Source: the human T2T-CHM13v2.0 reference genome, Homo sapiens
NCBI RefSeq assembly: GCF_009914755.1
Contig: NC_060946.1
Length of the DNA stretch: 64,000 nt
Reading direction: 5' to 3' (one strand)
In this document: positions 58,861-64,000 of the stretch, one piece after another
How positions within the stretch are numbered: the first letter of the stretch is position 1
Layout: every line of letters starts with the position of its first letter
Notes under the pieces: generated by a model
Told to the model about the DNA's origin: nothing
Seen by the model: only the letters and a program-made list of their open reading frames with translations
The model's database searches: none
Program-made: the position numbers and the translations under genes

Positions 58861-59365
58861 CAGTAGGTCAGCAAACCATAGCCCATGGGCTGGATCAATC
58901 TCTTCCCATTTGTTTGTTTGTTTGTTTTTGAGACAGAGTCTCATTCTGTCACCCAGGCTGGAGTGCCAGTGGTGCAGTCTCAGCTCACTGCAACCTTCAC
59001 CTTCCGTGTTCAAGCAATTCTTGTCCCTCAGCCTCCTGAGTAGCTGGAATTACAAGCATGTGTCATCATGCCTAGCTAATTTTTATATTTTTAGTAGAGA
59101 CGGGGTTTTGCCATGTTGGCCAGGCTGGTCTTGAACTCCTGGCCTCAAGTGATCTGCCTGCCTCGGCCTCCCGAAGTGCCAGGATTACAGGCATGTACCA
59201 CTGTGCCTGGCCCCCATCTGTTTTTAAAATCAGGTTTTATCAGAACACAGCCACAAATATGTACTGTCTATGGCTGCTTTCAAGCTACAGCAGCCGAGCT
59301 GAGTAGCTGCAGAAAAGACTATATGGCCTGCAAAGCTGAAAACATTTAATGCCTGGCCCTTTACG
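58861..59365. mobile_element. MER58A-like hAT element split by an Alu (58910-59212, -)
   Basis: CAGTAGGTCAGCAAAC start, and GAACACAGCCAC...TGTCTATGGCTGCTTT...TATATGGCCTGCAAAGCTGAAAA...CTGGCCCTTTAC. Confidence 0.75.
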
Positions 59366-59369
59366 AACC

Positions 59370-64000
<4,631 letters not shown>

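Overview
Human (hominid) genomic DNA from 22q11.21, the DiGeorge critical region. Most of the window is DGCR2 on the minus strand: coding exons 2-10 (58822 down to 8189) and a ~2.6 kb 3'UTR ending near an AATAAA at 5623-5628. Exon 1 lies beyond the right edge. The exons encode an LDLa repeat, a C-type lectin domain, a VWC domain, a TM helix, two PPPPY motifs and a C-terminal NTVV. Just downstream on the same strand is the unprocessed carbonic anhydrase XV pseudogene CA15P1 (868-4215). All 8 exon remnants can be traced, with frameshifts, a stop, broken acceptors, a lost Zn ligand and an AluY in the last exon. The DGCR2 introns hold a Y1 RNA pseudogene, an Alu-split RPL28 processed pseudogene, a 3'-truncated SVA with TSDs, more than 30 Alus, old L1 fragments and DNA-transposon relics. 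The most notable observations are: (1) a non-canonical GT-AT intron 3 competing with an AG 9 nt downstream; (2) a pair of ~130-nt, ~88% identical, three-hairpin direct repeats bracketing exon 7 and both ending at ACA; (3) a plausible intron-7 polyadenylation route to a soluble DGCR2 ectodomain, which may explain the lncRNA DGCR11; and (4) an SVA polyadenylated inside its SINE-R. I see no solid evidence for a wholly new biological system. The exon-7 repeat pair is the best candidate for something undescribed. Comparisons to reference proteins and annotations are from memory, and repeat boundaries are approximate.
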